Shown: positions 37,909-52,697 of the stretch, piece after piece | Layout of the letters: each line of letters opens with the position of its first letter | How positions within the stretch are numbered: position 1 is the first letter of the stretch | Assembly: GCA_951406725.2 (NCBI GenBank) | Contig: OX597815.1 | Location: 17,546,001-17,610,000, forward strand | Length of the DNA: 64,000 nucleotides | From: Octopus vulgaris | Taxonomy: Eukaryota | Direction of reading: 5' to 3' | Notes under the pieces: generated by a model | What the model was told of the DNA's origin: nothing | The model's database searches: none | What the model saw: only the letters and a program-made list of their open reading frames with translations | Position numbers and translations under genes: made by a program

Positions 37909-38447
37909 GGGAGAGTTTAAACTTCTCTTGTGAAAATCCACAGCCAATACCATTAAGTATTTTGTCAAATGCTTTTACCATTCTGTCATCCATTATCCTC
38001 CAATGGAAAAACTTTAAAATTCAGGAAACAAATAACAACAGCTAAATAAAACTAAGTATTTAACATCATAAATCATAAATGAAAGACTAGTCAACAGTGC
38101 AAACAGCTGAAGAATAACATAACATACAGAGATGAATCTTTAATATTTTTTTAATAGAATTGCATGAGAGTCGTTGAAAAGACCAGATTTAGCTTCATTT
38201 GCAGAACAAACCTAATGGGAAATGGAGGTAAATAGCAGCTCCAGAAATGTTTGTGATTCGTGAAAGGTAATTATGTGACACATGTCAGTTGAGAAAAATG
38301 ATAGAAGCATTTTAGGGTAGTTTTTCATTGCTTTTCTGAAATTATTCTACAAATTCAGACAGTTTCCAAGGAACTATTTTACATGTACAACATGTTATGT
38401 ATTAAGCAAGACTTTTAAAGGAAGACTTTAATACAAATTTTGTAAAC

Positions 38448-38732
38448 TTCATCATCACCATCATCATCATCATTTAGCGTCCGCTTTCCATGCTAGAATG
38501 GGTTGGATGGTTCAACTGGGGTCTGTGAAGCCAGAAGGCTGCACCAGGCCCAGTCTGATCTGGCAGTGTTTCTACAGCTGGATGCCCTTCCTAACGCCAA
38601 CCACTCCGTGAGTGTAGTGGGTGCTTTTTACGTGCCACCAGCACAGGTGCCAGACGGAGCTGGCAAACGGCGGCCACGGACGGATGGTGCGTTTTACGTG
38701 CCACCGGCACAGGGACCAGGTGAGGCTGGCAA
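38448..38732 (-). mobile_element. RTE LINE 3'UTR fragment, tail-to-tail with 37405-37908
   Basis: (CAT)n followed by ttagcgtccgctttccatgctag. Confidence 0.85.
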
Positions 38733-39519
38733 CTTATGTATGATTTTTCTCTCTTTTGCGAAGAAATTGGTTTCAGAAATTTACATTTCAAAATAAATTT
38801 ACAAAGGAGAAATGGAATGGTCTTTAAAAATCAGAATTGGAAAAAATAAATATCAAAAGTTCTAATCTTAGGAGAAATGTCAAAGACAAGAAGAGAAAAT
38901 TTGTGAGTAATGCAAGTATATACTGCTATGGAAGGAATTTTCTACAACGGAAACTTTGGAAAAATAAGTGGTAGTTGAGATAATGAAATACAATTATCAA
39001 TTCTAGAACAGATATATTTTATATGAATAAGTTTATACACCTACTTATTTCTTATTTGATTAATATTTTGATATATCATGATGCAGATGTTAGAAAACAA
39101 CATATAGAATCTACTCATACCAAACCTTCAAAAATGTGTGCTAAAACTACATTCTCTGACATATCTCACATTCGCTTCTCTTCTTCCATATCAACTTTGG
39201 ATGAGTATTTAATTTTTTCCCAATTTTATATTGCAATTAGTGGACAATAATGACACTGGTAACAGGTTTACTATGGAAAAATCACTTGTTCACAGTATTT
39301 TTGAAGGTTGGAGTAAAATTTGTTTTAGCATTACAAATATTGCAAGAAACTTTATTCCAGAAGCAAAATTCTTTTTTTTTCTTCTGTTTTTGCTTTTGTT
39401 GCATTTTTTAATATCCAGCACAAATTGCTGAAAGATATTCATAAATGGTTGAAGGAAGATGGAAATTTTATTACTTTAACTGTGTTACATTGGTCATATA
39501 AGACCAATGTTTTCTTCCT

Positions 39520-39826
39520 GTGTGGAGGCACATGGCCTAGTGGTTAGAGCAGTGGACTCGCGGTCGAGGGATCGCGGGTTCAAATCTCAGACCGGGCGAT
39601 GTGTGTGTTTATGAGCGAAAACACCTAAGCTCCACGCGGCTCTGGCAGAAGGTCATGGCAAACTTCTGCTGACTCTTTCGCCACAACTTTCTCTCACTCT
39701 TTCCTCCTGCATCTTGCAGCTCACCTGTGACAGACCGGTGTCCCGTCCAGGTGGGGAACCTATACGTCAAGAAACCGGGAAACTGGCCCTTATGAGCCAG
39801 GCATGGCTCGAGAAGGAACAAACAAA
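39520..39826 (+). mobile_element. tRNA-derived SINE, family B
   Basis: A box tggcctagtgg, B box ggttcaaatc; TSD aatgttttcttcct at 39506-39519 and 39827-39840. Confidence 0.9.
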
Positions 39827-41291
39827 AATGTTTTCTTCCTAGCTGGCAAAATGTTTACAGCAGGGAAATGTTGCAATGATCTACACTGCACAATTACAGT
39901 GTCATGATGCTTGCTAGAAATAGCAGTCACGTTTCCCACAAATAACATTGAGCTGTCTCCAAAAATCAAAGAACAAACTGATAATTATGGTTCTAGATAT
40001 ACTATGCCCCAAAATAGTTTGAATGAAATGTCTTTGATCATGGATTTGATCTGTGGTTACACAAAAAAAAACCCCAAAAACTGGATATAAACCATCTGTT
40101 AATTCACACAAGAACTAGAATAGAAGATTAATTATGGAAGCTATATTAATAACAATAAACAAGATGATAAAATTAACATTCAACACATCGTTGGGGTAAA
40201 TAAAACTGAGTGCTGAGAGCAAACTAAATAAAGCAAGAAATATAACAACATCCGTATGGTATCAATCCCATGATTTCTACCTGCTATAAAACGACAATAA
40301 CACGACGACAATAAGGACTTCATCTGAAAGATAAGAGGATGATAGAAAAAAAAAGGAAATTATCAAAGAATTGAGGGTTTTTAATTCTCCAGAACAAATG
40401 TGAAGGATTAATAAAGAAATCTGGAAAGGCTTTCATGAAAACAGATAAAACTTGAAGCCAATATAATGATGATATAGAAAATGGACATAGAATAATGATA
40501 TTTTATTTATATATTGGGAACAGCATCCTGTGTTTGCAATTGATATGTGATGAGAATACAAGCATGAAAGAGAAAATGATGCAAGAGCAGAAACATATAT
40601 ATCCTCATATATTCTCTAGAATTGTTATTGATGCTATTGAATTCATCACCAAGTTGGTCTGAGAGTTTGGTTTTCAGTTCTACTGCAAAACTCAATTCAC
40701 AGAATTATAGTTTACGCACACATACACACACACACACACACACACATGCACACATACACACACATACACACACGTATACACACACACATACATACATACA
40801 CACACACACATACACACACTGAATTTCCTACTAGTCATGTAATTTTAAAAAATTACTTATTTCTCTCCAGTTTTCTTTCTTCTATAAAAAACCCCAAACA
40901 CCCTGCCAAAAAACCACTTCACAGTCTGACATGTGCCCACGTATCTATCACCTTCCATGTAGCTCACCTAACTATTTTACCACCTCCTCACCATCCTAGA
41001 ACTTTTCACCAATGTGGTGTAACCTACCTTGACTTTTCACTAGCGTTTAGTAATTTAAAAATTATTTTTTTCTTCTCCCACAAAATATATAATTTTTGCT
41101 TTAATTTAACATTTAAACCAGAGTTTTGCTTTGTAATTAATCTGTCTCTGACCTCTCATCTCTCCTTGAACACATACCTTTTCTTTCATTTTTCACTTCT
41201 TTCATTCATACTTTCTTCTAACTAACAGTGTCTCACAATCATATGCTTGCATACACTTCTATCATAACCTCCATTACCTTCCCCTATACCT

Positions 41292-41514
41292 ATTTCTTTA
41301 CTACCCACAAGGGGCTAAACACAGAGGGGACAAACAAGGACAGACAAACGGATTAAGTCGATTACATCGACCCCAGTGCGTAACTGGTACTTATTTAATC
41401 GACCCCGAAAGGATGAAAGGCAAAGTCGACCTTGGCGGAATTTGAACTCAGAATGTAACGGCAGACGAAATACCGCTAAGCATTTCGCCCGGCGCCCTAA
41501 AGATTCTGCCAGCT
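41292..41514 (-). mobile_element. SINE family C
   Basis: TSD cttcccctatacct at 41278-41291 and 41515-41528. Confidence 0.88.
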
Positions 41515-43106
41515 CTTCCCCTATACCTCACGCTGGTACCTACTGCCACTTCCTCACATCCATGCATTTCTCACACACAGTTAACGATTACACACACCAA
41601 TACCTCACATCCATACTGAACTACACCATTAAACTTTCACACTTGCATACATCAGCACACCTATAACCCCCACCAAACACACACACACACACCACTTCCT
41701 CTATGTCCATTTCTAAACATGGATACACTCTATACTTGCATCTACACACCTGTCTCTGCCTCCCTTCATGTATGCTTGAACATTTAAATCATCAGGTGGA
41801 TTAAATGGAATTGTTTTATCCAATTCGTCCTTAGATATTATACACATTTCCATTATGTTTTATCCATAGGAGCTGTTTTTGCCTAATTTGCAGGATTCAC
41901 CCACAGATACCCTTTAATTACAGGTTTACCTTTAAATCAACAGTATACCAAATCCCACTTTTATATAATATTTATTGGAGTAAATATTACTTTCTTTCCA
42001 CAACACTTTTTAGGTTTAGCAGGTATACCACGACAATATTCAGATTACCCTGATTCTTACACCAAATGAAATATAGTTTCATCTATAGGATCCCTTCTAT
42101 CATTAACCTCTATTATATTTTTTAAATTTATTGTATGAGAAAGATTAATTTCCCAACGAACTATCATTTGATCAAACCATTTAAATACATCTTTAGAATG
42201 AGATAACCGTTTTCCAGTTGATTTTCAAAGTACTTACATTCCCTGTAGACAATAGATCATGTAGATCTGCACCAGTTAAAATCAGATTAGGAATGGTAAA
42301 AAGAAGGGCATCCTATTACAAATTCCCTCAATCCAACACACGTCAGCATGAAAAGATAGATGTTAAATGAACCCTTACATAACTGCATTCCCACTTAGCT
42401 CCTAATCTCCCACCCAGTTTTTTTCTCTTTCTCATCCTTCCTTTCTTTTCTCTTATTTTGAAGGCCTAATGTCTGAAACAAGATTTTTTTTTTCCCCCTA
42501 TCCTTTTAAGTGCTAAGCTATTACAGTACTTGCTAAACATTACCCCCTCTATGTTGCCTTTTTCTTTTTTATATTGTTCATGGCATTTACAATACAATAC
42601 ACACACATGCACATACATTACAAACACACACATATGCACACACACACACATACACACACTCATATGTATGTTTGTTCATTCACTCATTTGTCTATTTTGC
42701 TATGCTAGCAAAGCTTAAACGGAGAGGTTAATTAAGACAGGATTTTTTAAGGATGCTCTGCCTGTTGCCAACTCTTATCTGAATTTAATTTCATGTTCTT
42801 TGTCTATCTACTTATTCTCTTGGTGATTTTGGTTAATAGAAAATCTATACAAATGAATCCTTTGAATTTAACTAAATTCTATATTTTTATGCAGCTGAAG
42901 ATTGGTCTACATTTCAAAATTGATTTAATATTTGCATTGTTCAATTAAATGGAGTCACATGAAACGATCGTACTGCATTACCTCTAGATATCCTTGTTGC
43001 ATATTTTGATTGCAATCACCCCATTTTGAATTATATGGATAATACCATACTAAATTCTGGTGCCTTTAACTTAAATACCATATTCAAATGAATTTAAATT
43101 TGACTG

Positions 43107-43155
<49 letters not shown>

Positions 43156-43159
<4 letters not shown>

Positions 43160-43364
43160 AATGTGACTGCGTGTGTACCGTTGGCGATTTTTTTCTTCTG
43201 TCTTCCCTTCTTTGGATCTTTCCTTTTCCTATGTTTCTGACGAAGAGCTCTGCTCGAAACGTTAAACCCTCCTTCTTTCCTTCCTTCCTGAGCGTCCAAT
43301 AATACTATATTTGTTCCACGTCCTTGCGTTGTTGTGTTTTCCCATTGTGTTTTCATGTTTGGAT

Positions 43365-43368
<4 letters not shown>
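43156..43368 (+). mobile_element. ~210-bp hammerhead-bearing non-coding element inserted in pure (TA)n
   Basis: Sharp borders with (TA)n of more than 20 units on each side. Confidence 0.8.
43233..43267 (+). ncRNA. Minimal type I hammerhead ribozyme
   Basis: gttt-CTGACGA-a-gagc-tct-gctc-GAAA-cg-TT-aaac; the AACGTT palindrome replaces stem III, as in minimal PLE hammerheads. Confidence 0.88.
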
Positions 43369-43433
<65 letters not shown>

Positions 43434-44819
43434 TTATATATATGTATGTATGTATGTATGTTATCTTTTACTTGTTTCAGTCATTGGACTGCAGCCATGT
43501 TAGGGTACCACCTTGAAGGATCCACTCCAATTATTATTATTTTTAAAAGTTTGGCACTTATTCTATTGATCTCATTTTCTGAACAGCCAAGTTCTGGTGA
43601 CATAAACAAATGAAGGACAAACACACACTCATATATATATATATATATATATATACATACAATCGGCTTTTTTCAGTTTCTATCTACCAAATCAAATCAC
43701 AAGACTTTGACAGCTCAGGACTATAGTTACCCAAGATGCCATACAGTGTGTTTGTGTGCATATGTGTGTACAATGTTTTATATATATATATATATACACC
43801 AACCCATGCCAGCATGGAAGGTGGATGTTAAACGATGATGATGATGATGCCAAACATTATCATCATTTCACATTTGCTTTACCCAGATGGCTTGGGTTGG
43901 ATGGTTTATTACAACCAAGCCAGTTTTTTTATCTGGAGTTACTACCCTCTTAAATAGAACAAAATCACACTTGGACATTTTTTTTTTTTTTTTGCATGCC
44001 CTTCTTATCATCAACCACTTCAGCATGTACTTGAGTGCACTAAACAGAATGTAATATTCTTGGCATGACTACAGAGACCATTCCAGTCGATGCCATTGTT
44101 CATGCTGCAACCATTTTACAGAATGCATTGACGCTTGTTGGTAATGGGTTTGGAAAGAAACAGGAAGAGCAGCGTGGAAGGGAGAAGTGCAGGAGTGGTA
44201 GGAGAGCGAGACGAGCTGATTGATGAAAAAGTACTGGAAGTGGATGATGGATGATGGGCGAAAAGAAAGAGAAAGTGAAAGTAGGAGAAAGAGAGAGAGA
44301 GAAAAAGAAAGAGAGATATGAATATTAAAATAAATGATAGAGGATGGAGTGGAGGTCATAGATTTTAATAATGCGTGATACAGGATGAAATAAAGGGACA
44401 GGGAGAGAGGGAGAGATGGTTAGTAATAAAGTAGGGGGTAATAGTAAAGAGTAAATGAATACAGAGATCGTTATGCAATTACATCCCTCGGTTTATAGAG
44501 TGCATGATGGGAAAAAAATAGGGTTACAGTGAGGAGATATAGGTAGGGGGTGGAAAGTGAGTGATAAATGAGAATTGGAGAGCAGAACATGATGATTTAA
44601 TATGAATATATTAATTGGGAGATACTGAAATATAAATGTTATACAAGCTGATCTCCATCACTATCAACATCATCATCCATGTTTTCATCCTTTTTCCTTG
44701 CATGGGTTGGGTAGGTCCTCTCATGCACAGTGCTTCATCACAAGTCATGACCTCTTGTCATCTCATTTATGAAGGTTCAGCCTCTTCAGATCAGTCTTCA
44801 CAACTCTACAGATATATCT

Positions 44820-45390
44820 ATAAACGCACACACATTTACATATGCATATGTATATATATCATCATCATCGTTTAACGTCCGTTTTCCGTGCTAGCATGGG
44901 TTGGACAGTTCAACCGGGGTCTAGAAAGCCAGGAGGCTGCACCAGGCTCCAGTCTTATCTGACAGTGTTTCTACAGCTGGATGCCCTTCCTAACGCCAAC
45001 CTCTCCGTGAGTGTAGTGAGTGCTTTTTACGTGTAACTGGCACAGGTGCCAGGGGAGGCTGGTAACGGCCACGATCGGTTGGTGCTTTTTACGTGCCACC
45101 AGCACAGAAGCCAGTCAAGGTGGTGCTGGCATCGACCAAGTATGGATGGGGCTTTTTACATGCCACCAGCACAGGTGCCAGGGGAGGCTGGCAAATAAAT
45201 ACTGTATCTCCAAAAGCTGGATTTCAATTAATTTCTCCTGGAATCTCATCAAATGGTTAAGAATGTGATATGAAATGTGAAACAGTATGATACTAAGTTT
45301 ATTTTCTATCTTCCAAGGTATACGAAACTGTGCAACAACTTGTTGAAGATATGAGTTTTAAACGAGGAACTTTCATGGTGACACCATTTC
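44820..45390. repeat. Local duplication, copy 1 (copy 2 at ~46425-47043), including an RTE UTR fragment and unique flank
   Basis: Shared ...ctgtatctccaaaag..ggatttcaattaatttctcctggaatctcatcaaatggttaagaatgtg...gtgacaccatttct. Confidence 0.85.
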
Positions 45391-45628
45391 TTGAGATCAG
45401 TCTTCACAACTCTGTCCTGAGTTTCCCTTGATTTTTTGCCTCTTCTGCAGCTTTCATCCACTTTGAATGCTTGGCCCTTCTTTATACAACTCACAACTTT
45501 TATAGACTTAAGCATGTCCTGTCTGTGCCATCATAATCTTCTCTCTTACACATCATCGTCAGTTCCGCTAATACAACAGTTCTTCTCTCAGCTCATTTGT
45601 GCTTTGTTACTCATCAACACTGATATTA

Positions 45629-46013
45629 TGCAGGAGCAGCTGTGTGGTAAGTACCTTGCTTACCAACCACATGGTTTCAGGTTCAGTCCTACTGTGTGGC
45701 AACTTGGACAAGTGTCTTCTACTATAGCCTCGGGCCGACCAAAGCCTTGTGCGGGGATTTGGTAGACGGAAACTGAAAGAAGCCCGTCGTATATATGTAT
45801 GTGCGTGTGTTTGTGTTTGTTCCCTCAACATCGCTTGACAATCGATGCTGGTGTGTTTACGTCCCCCGTAACTTAGCAGTTCAGCAAAAGAGACCGATAG
45901 AATAAGTACTAGGCTTACAAAGAATAAGTCCTGGGGTCGATTTGCTCTACTAAAGGCGGTGCTCCAGTATGGCCGCAGTCAAATGACTGAAACAAGTAAA
46001 TGAATAAATGAGT
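45629..46013 (+). mobile_element. SINE family A inserted in a decayed RTE RT fragment (~45420-46410, minus)
   Basis: SINE match; flank on the minus strand resembles FCYLG..I..GGG...ELLPLL. Confidence 0.8.
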
Positions 46014-47449
46014 AATCCAGTCAAACATGCATGCCTTAATCATTAACCACCATTTACACATCCTCTACATGCACTATCATGCAGCATTACATTCAGTACA
46101 CATGCATCCTGCAGTCTGCCCTTAACTGAGGGAGAAACCCCTTATTAGCAGCAGAGGAAGTAGCTCCTTCAACATTTTCCTCCTCATTTTTATTCTGACA
46201 CAATGCTTTCAGAACACCCACCACCAGTGCTAATTAGGCCACCCAAGTAAGACAAAAACTATTTAAGACTTAGAGATAGCTTTCTGTGCATTTGCTATGC
46301 GTACACCCTGACTGCTAACATCTCTTGTGCATCTGGTGCATATGTAGTTTATGTTCTCTGTCAGCCTGCTTGTAATTCCACTTCACATCTTGAGCATCCG
46401 TAGTTTACAATGGGTACATATATATCTACAAAGGCACACACATTTACATATGCACATGTATATCATCATCATCATCGTTTAACGTCCATTTTCCATGCTA
46501 GCATGGGTCGGACAGTTCGACTGGGGTCTGGAAGGCCAGGAGGCTGCAACAGGCTCCAGTCTGATCTGGCAGTGTTTCTACAGCTGGATGCCCTTCCTAA
46601 CGCCAACCGCTCCGTGAGTGTAGTGGGTGCATTTTACGTGCCACCGGATGCTGGCAACGGCCACGATCGGTTGGTGCTTTTTACGTGCCACCAGTACAGG
46701 TGCCAGGGGAGGCTGGCAATGGCCACGATCGGTTGGTGCTTTTTATGTGCCACTGGCATGGAAGCCAGTCAAGGTGGTGCTGGCATCGACCACGTATGGA
46801 TGGTGCTTTTTAAATGCCACCAGCACAGATGCCAGGGGAGGCTGGAAAATAAATCCTGTATCTCCAAAAGTTGGATTTCAATTAATTTCTCCTGGAATCT
46901 CATCAAATGGTTAAGAATGTGATATGAAATGTGAAACAGTATGATACTAAGTTTATTTTCTATCTTCCAAGGTATATGAAACTGTGCAACAACTTGTTGA
47001 GAATATGAGTTTTAAATGAGGAACTTTCATAGTGACACCATTTCTGTTCTGAGTCATCACTTGTTTCCCCAACAAGGTTATATTTCCCCACTACCAAACA
47101 TGTTTTAGACTGAAGAGTGGAAATAAACATTGCCTTGTGTCTGATGCTTGTTTAAAACTATACAAAGGGACAAACATACACACATGTACACACACATTCA
47201 AACAGACAGACATGCACACACACACACAGAATAGGCTTTTTTCAGCTTCTATATACCAAATCCACTGACAAGGCTTTAGGTGGCCCAGGCTTATAGCAAA
47301 AGACACTTACTCAAGATGCCACACAATGGGATTGAACCTGAAACCATATGTTTGGAAAGTGAGCTTCTTTAATGCCCAGCCATGCTTGCAGTTGATACAT
47401 ATATCCTTATCATTGTACATATATATGTGTAGGTTTATACATATATATA

Positions 47450-47841
47450 TATATATATATAAAGCTGAAGTTATCTGTGTATGGCAGGTTTGGTAGCCTT
47501 CAACTAACACAATCTCCTCCGAGACCCTGCGGCGCAAGTTGACCAAAATTAGGAGTATGATAGAAGAAGGCTTGCTCTTCCTTCCGTAGAAGAAAAAAAT
47601 TCAACTCGGACCATGTTAACACCAAAAATTATTTACATCAAAAAGGTGCATTTTTTTCTATGAAAATCCCTATTTTTTACAATTTTTTGACTGGTGTGTC
47701 ACCATTTTTCGGTGTACTTCAACCAGAAAAATGTTCACTTAAAGAGAATAACAAGCTACATAATGCAAAATTTTTACTTTTCAAAAATTCCAATTTTAAA
47801 GGGTCAAAATAAACCCAAGCAATGCCGGGTGATACTGCTAG
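47450..47841 (+). mobile_element. Non-autonomous Helitron
   Basis: Starts (TA)n-aaagctgaagtt; ends with the subterminal hairpin acccaagcaatgccgggt, then CTAG followed by T. Confidence 0.8.
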
Positions 47842-47842
47842 T

Positions 47843-47878
<36 letters not shown>

Positions 47879-48570
47879 TTATGCTTGTGTGTGTGATGCA
47901 TATATATGAACACCTTTATATGTAACATGCATGCACAAACATGCACATACTGAGTTCTTTAATTTCTATATTGCATTTTTTGAACAATGGCATCACAAGT
48001 TGCAGGTTAGCAATAGACTCTGATAACTAATTCATTACATTCAGGATGGTGAGAGTGACAAGACAAGATGGTTCAGTGACAGCTTCTCAAAGGTTCATCC
48101 AAATTCTGTTAATCAGGTGTACCGAGACAAATGCACCGGTCCTTGTAATGCAGTATATGTTTTATACAACTGTTCTTAAGTTCTGATGAACTGTAACACG
48201 TGTGCAATTTGTAGATTATTGTTGCCGTAGCAACCTGTCTCCCGTGTTGTAAGCTATTGGTGGTAATTCTTTGCTTTTTATATTTTTGTTATCATTTTTG
48301 CTTTATTTTTCTTTTGTTTTATGTCTCCCCCCCTTCCCCCAGTAGCAACTCTGTCACCTGCAATCATTCTAAGTGCTTTGTTTGTTTTGGACTGCAAAAA
48401 GTTAGTATACCGGTATGCTTTGTAAGGCACTCATCCAACACAAGCAGATGTACTTTATAACACATCAGATTTGAGCTTTGTAAATGGTGTCTCTCTTCCT
48501 TCCTCATTCACTTAGTTTTTATGTATGTATAAGAATGCGTATATATATATAAACTATACATCTCCCTTCT

Positions 48571-48954
48571 GGAGGCGCAATGGCCCAGTGGTTAAGGCAG
48601 CGGACTCGCGGCCTTAAGATCGCAGTTTCGATCCCCAGATCGGGTGTTGTGAGTGTTTATTGAGCGAAAACATTTAAAGCTCCACGAGGCTTTGGCATTT
48701 GGTATGTGGTGAACCCTGCTATACTCTTTCACCACAACTTTCTCTCACTCTTACTTCCTGCTTCTGTTGTACCTGTATTTCAAAGGGGCCGGCCTTGTCA
48801 CTCTCTGTGTCACGCTGAATCTCCCTGAGAACTACGTTAACGGTATACGTTTCTGTGGAGTGCTCAGCCACTTGCACGGTAATTTGACGAGCAGGCTGTT
48901 CCGTTGATCGAATCAACTGGAACCCTCTTCGTCATAACCTACGGAGTGCCAGTC
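48571..48954 (+). mobile_element. tRNA-derived SINE with family B head and a different tail
   Basis: TSD acatctcccttct at 48558-48570 and 48955-48967. Confidence 0.88.
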
Positions 48955-49324
48955 ACATCTCCCTTCTTAACCATAAGACTTCAAATTCATCTCATTGAGT
49001 ACACTTTGGATAAATGTCTTCTGCTATATACCTTTGAATCAACTAATGCTGTGACATGGTTTGAATGGCTGTATGCCCTTCCTAATGCCAAAAGTAAACT
49101 GGGTACCCCTTTTTTATTACTGGTATTAGTGAGGTTCTCAAGTAACTTGCAAGACAAAGAATAAAAGCACTTGACAGAGTGAAGTTCTAGCAGAAAAAGG
49201 CGGTGGTTTTCTGCTAGTTCTTGAGAGATTAAAGTTAGAGGGACAAACACAAGTGTCTTGCTACAGAATGAATACATGTCTACTCCTCATCCCATCTGCC
49301 TATTATATAAGGGTCAGGGAGAGT

Positions 49325-49936
49325 TACTCTTTTACTTGTTTCAGTCATTTGACTGTGGCCATGCTGGAGCACTGCCTTTTTTTTTTAGTCGAGCAAATCA
49401 ACCCCAGGACTTATTCTTTGTAAGCCTAGTACTTATTCTATCGGTCTCTTTTGCTGAACCGCTAAGTTACGGAGACGTAAACACACCAGCATCGGTTGTC
49501 AAACGATGTTGAGGGGACAAACACAGACACACAAACATATATATATATATACACACACCTTGGATATCCTTGTTGCTTATTTTGATTATATTCACCCCAT
49601 TTGATTTATATGGATAATACCATACCAAATTCTAGTGCCTTTAACTTAAGTACCATATTCATAAATTTTGCTGAACTTACATATATATATGCGTGTATAT
49701 ATACATGTAGAGGTAGGTACGTACATATATGTATATATATATGAATATGTTTTATTTATTAATATATTATATATATATATATATGATGGGCTTCTTTCAG
49801 TCTACCAAATCCACTCACAAAGCTTTGGTCAGCCCATGGCTATAGTAGAAGACACTTGCTGAAGGTGCCACGCAGTGGGACTGAACCCGGAAGCATGTGG
49901 TTGGTAAGCAAGCTACTTACCACACAGCCACTCCTA
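49325..49936 (-). mobile_element. SINE family A, interrupted within its microsatellite by a ~120-bp insert (49558-49680)
   Basis: The insert matches 42988-43110, which also abuts (TA)n. Confidence 0.8.
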
Positions 49937-50261
49937 CTATACCTGTTACTGGAAAGAATGCAAAGATGATAACGAAGAGATATCAGTGTGTGTGTGTGTG
50001 TGTTTACATACATGTGATATAACACACATTAGTGTGTTTGAAAACTGGTTTATATTTTCATGCAGTGGATGTTAGTCTGCTACACTAAACCTTTAGGTAT
50101 GAGGAAATATTCCTGTTTAATAAAATATAAGAGTCTATGTACTTCTACTACTGTAGGTATATATTGAGCATTTTGCATTTTACATGAAAACACAAACAAC
50201 AATTAAATACATATGTGTGAATATATGTGTGTGTGTGTGTGTATGCATGTGTGTATATAGA

Positions 50262-51236
50262 CTTATGTGTGTGCATGTATACATATGAGTATATATATTT
50301 ATGAGTATGTATACACGTGTCTATATATATGTATTTATGTGTGTGTATGTATACATATGTATATATATTTATGTGTATGTATACACATGTCTATATATAT
50401 ATATTTATGTGTGTGTATGTATACATATGAGTATATATATTTATGTGTATGTATACACGTGTCTATATATATATATTTATGTGTGTGTATGTATACATAT
50501 GAGTATATATATGTATGTGTATGTATACACGTGTCTATATATACTTATGTGTGTGTATGTATACCTATGTGCATATATATTTATGTGTATGTATACACAT
50601 GTCTATATATATATATTTATGTGTGTGTATGTATACATATGAGTATATATATTTATGTGTATGTATACATGTGTCTATATATATTTATGTGTGTGTATGT
50701 ATACCTATGTGCATATATATTTATGTGTATGTATACACATGTCTATATATATATACTTATGTGTGTGTATGTATACATATGAGTATATATATTAATGTGT
50801 ATGTATACACATGTCTATATATATACTTATGTGTGTGTATGTATATATATGTGCATATATATTTATGTGTATGTATATACGTGTCTATATATACTTATGT
50901 GTGTGTATACATACCTATGAGTATATATATTTATGTGTATGTATACACGTGTCTATATATATTTGTGTGTGTATATATACATATGTGCATATATATTTAT
51001 GTGTACGTATACATGTGTCTATATATATTTATGTGTGTGCATGTAAACATGAGTATATATATTTATGTGCATGTATACACATGTCTATATATATACTTAC
51101 GTGTGTGTATGTATACACATGTCTATATGTACTTATGTGTGTGTATGTATGCATATGAGTATATATACTTATGTGTATGTATACACGTGTCTATATGTAC
51201 TTATGTGTGTGTATGTATACATATGAGTGTGTGTAT
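50262..51236. repeat. Complex ~65-70-bp minisatellite derived from TA/TG microsatellite
   Basis: Recurring gtatacac(a/g)tgtctatatat...ttatgtgtgtgtatgtatacatatgag. Confidence 0.9.
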
Positions 51237-51896
51237 AAAGTGATACTGACAGGTAAAAAAATACAGTTTAAAAGAAAAGATGTAACAACTTGTGACAGCA
51301 ATCAAACCATATAACTTATGTTGATCAGGCAAGCATGCTAAGTATTATTCGACATAAACATACACACACACATGCATGTATATACACACACACACACATA
51401 TATATACACGCACACACACACACAAATCACATTTGTACAGTAACAGTCTTATGTAATCAAAAGGAAATGTGGTTAAAAAATATTTGCATATATATATATA
51501 TATATTTTTTATCTCTAGCTTTAAGATCTACAGTCTGAATAGCAATGTTATTTGGATGTCACCTTTAGCTTCACAGGAAAATGTCTTCAAGACATTTTCA
51601 GAACCTCTGAGTGATTTCTCATCCTGCTAGAACTAGCAGCCAAATCACCTCACAAGATTTAAAAAAAAAAAAAAAAAAGCTCACTCTGGATAAAGGTAAT
51701 TCTAGAAATACTACGCCTGAAAAAATAAGACAAGATGGTCATGGTCAGATTGTGTTTTTTTTTTTATTATAGGTCTGCTGGATCAACACTGAACTGGAGC
51801 TAAACAACATTAGTGTATGTCACTATTTGCTTTTGAACCACATGGTTCTGGGTTCAATCCCACTGCTTGGCACTTTGGGAAAGTGTCTTCTACTAT

Positions 51897-52314
51897 ATAT
51901 TTCTCTACTACCCACAAGGGGCTAAACATAGAGGAGACAAACAAGAACAGACAAACGGATTAAGTCGATTACATCGACCCCAGTGCGTAACTGGTACTTT
52001 ATTTATCAACCCCGAAAGGATGAAAGGCAAAGTCGACCTCTGCGGAATTTGAACTCACAACGTAACGGCAGATGAAATACCTATTTCTTTACTACCCACA
52101 AGGGGCTAAACGCAGAAGGGACAAACAAGGACAGACAAAGGGATTAAGTCGATTATATCGACCCCAGTGCGAAACTGGTACTTTATTTATCGACCCCGAA
52201 AGGATGAAAGGCAAAGTCAACCTAGGCAGATATTTAAACTAAGAACGTAACGACAGACGAAATGCCGCTAAGCATTTTGCCCAGCGCGCCAACGTTTCTG
52301 CCAGCTCGCCAACT
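51897..52314 (-). mobile_element. SINE family C dimer nested in a family A SINE (~51825-52395)
   Basis: TSD agtgtcttctactata on both sides. Confidence 0.85.
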
Positions 52315-52697
52315 TAGTGTCTTCTACTATAGCTCTGGGTTGGACAAAGCCTTGTGAGTGAATTTGGCAGATAGAAACTGAAAGAAGCCTGTTATGTATA
52401 TGATATTGTTTTGCTGCTTTAACATTGTATCATAGTTGGATTAGAACGTTTCTGTCGTGCAAGATGTGTCCTTCGTTCCCAGTCTACCGCGAAAGCACAT
52501 GTCTGGTCACGGAGAACAATTATCTTAGTTGGGAATAGATGAAGGTTGGCAACAGGAAGGCAGCCAACTGTAGAAAATCTGCCTCAACAAAATTCTGTCC
52601 AACCCATTCGAACACGGAAGAGTAGACATTAAAACGATGATGATGATGATGTCTTATTTGTTTGTATTTTTGTAATAAACTGGAAATAACAAACTAC

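Noticed and set aside
39523-39600. tRNA gene (also 48571-48645)
   Set aside because: The tRNA-like head continues into a SINE body bounded by TSDs.
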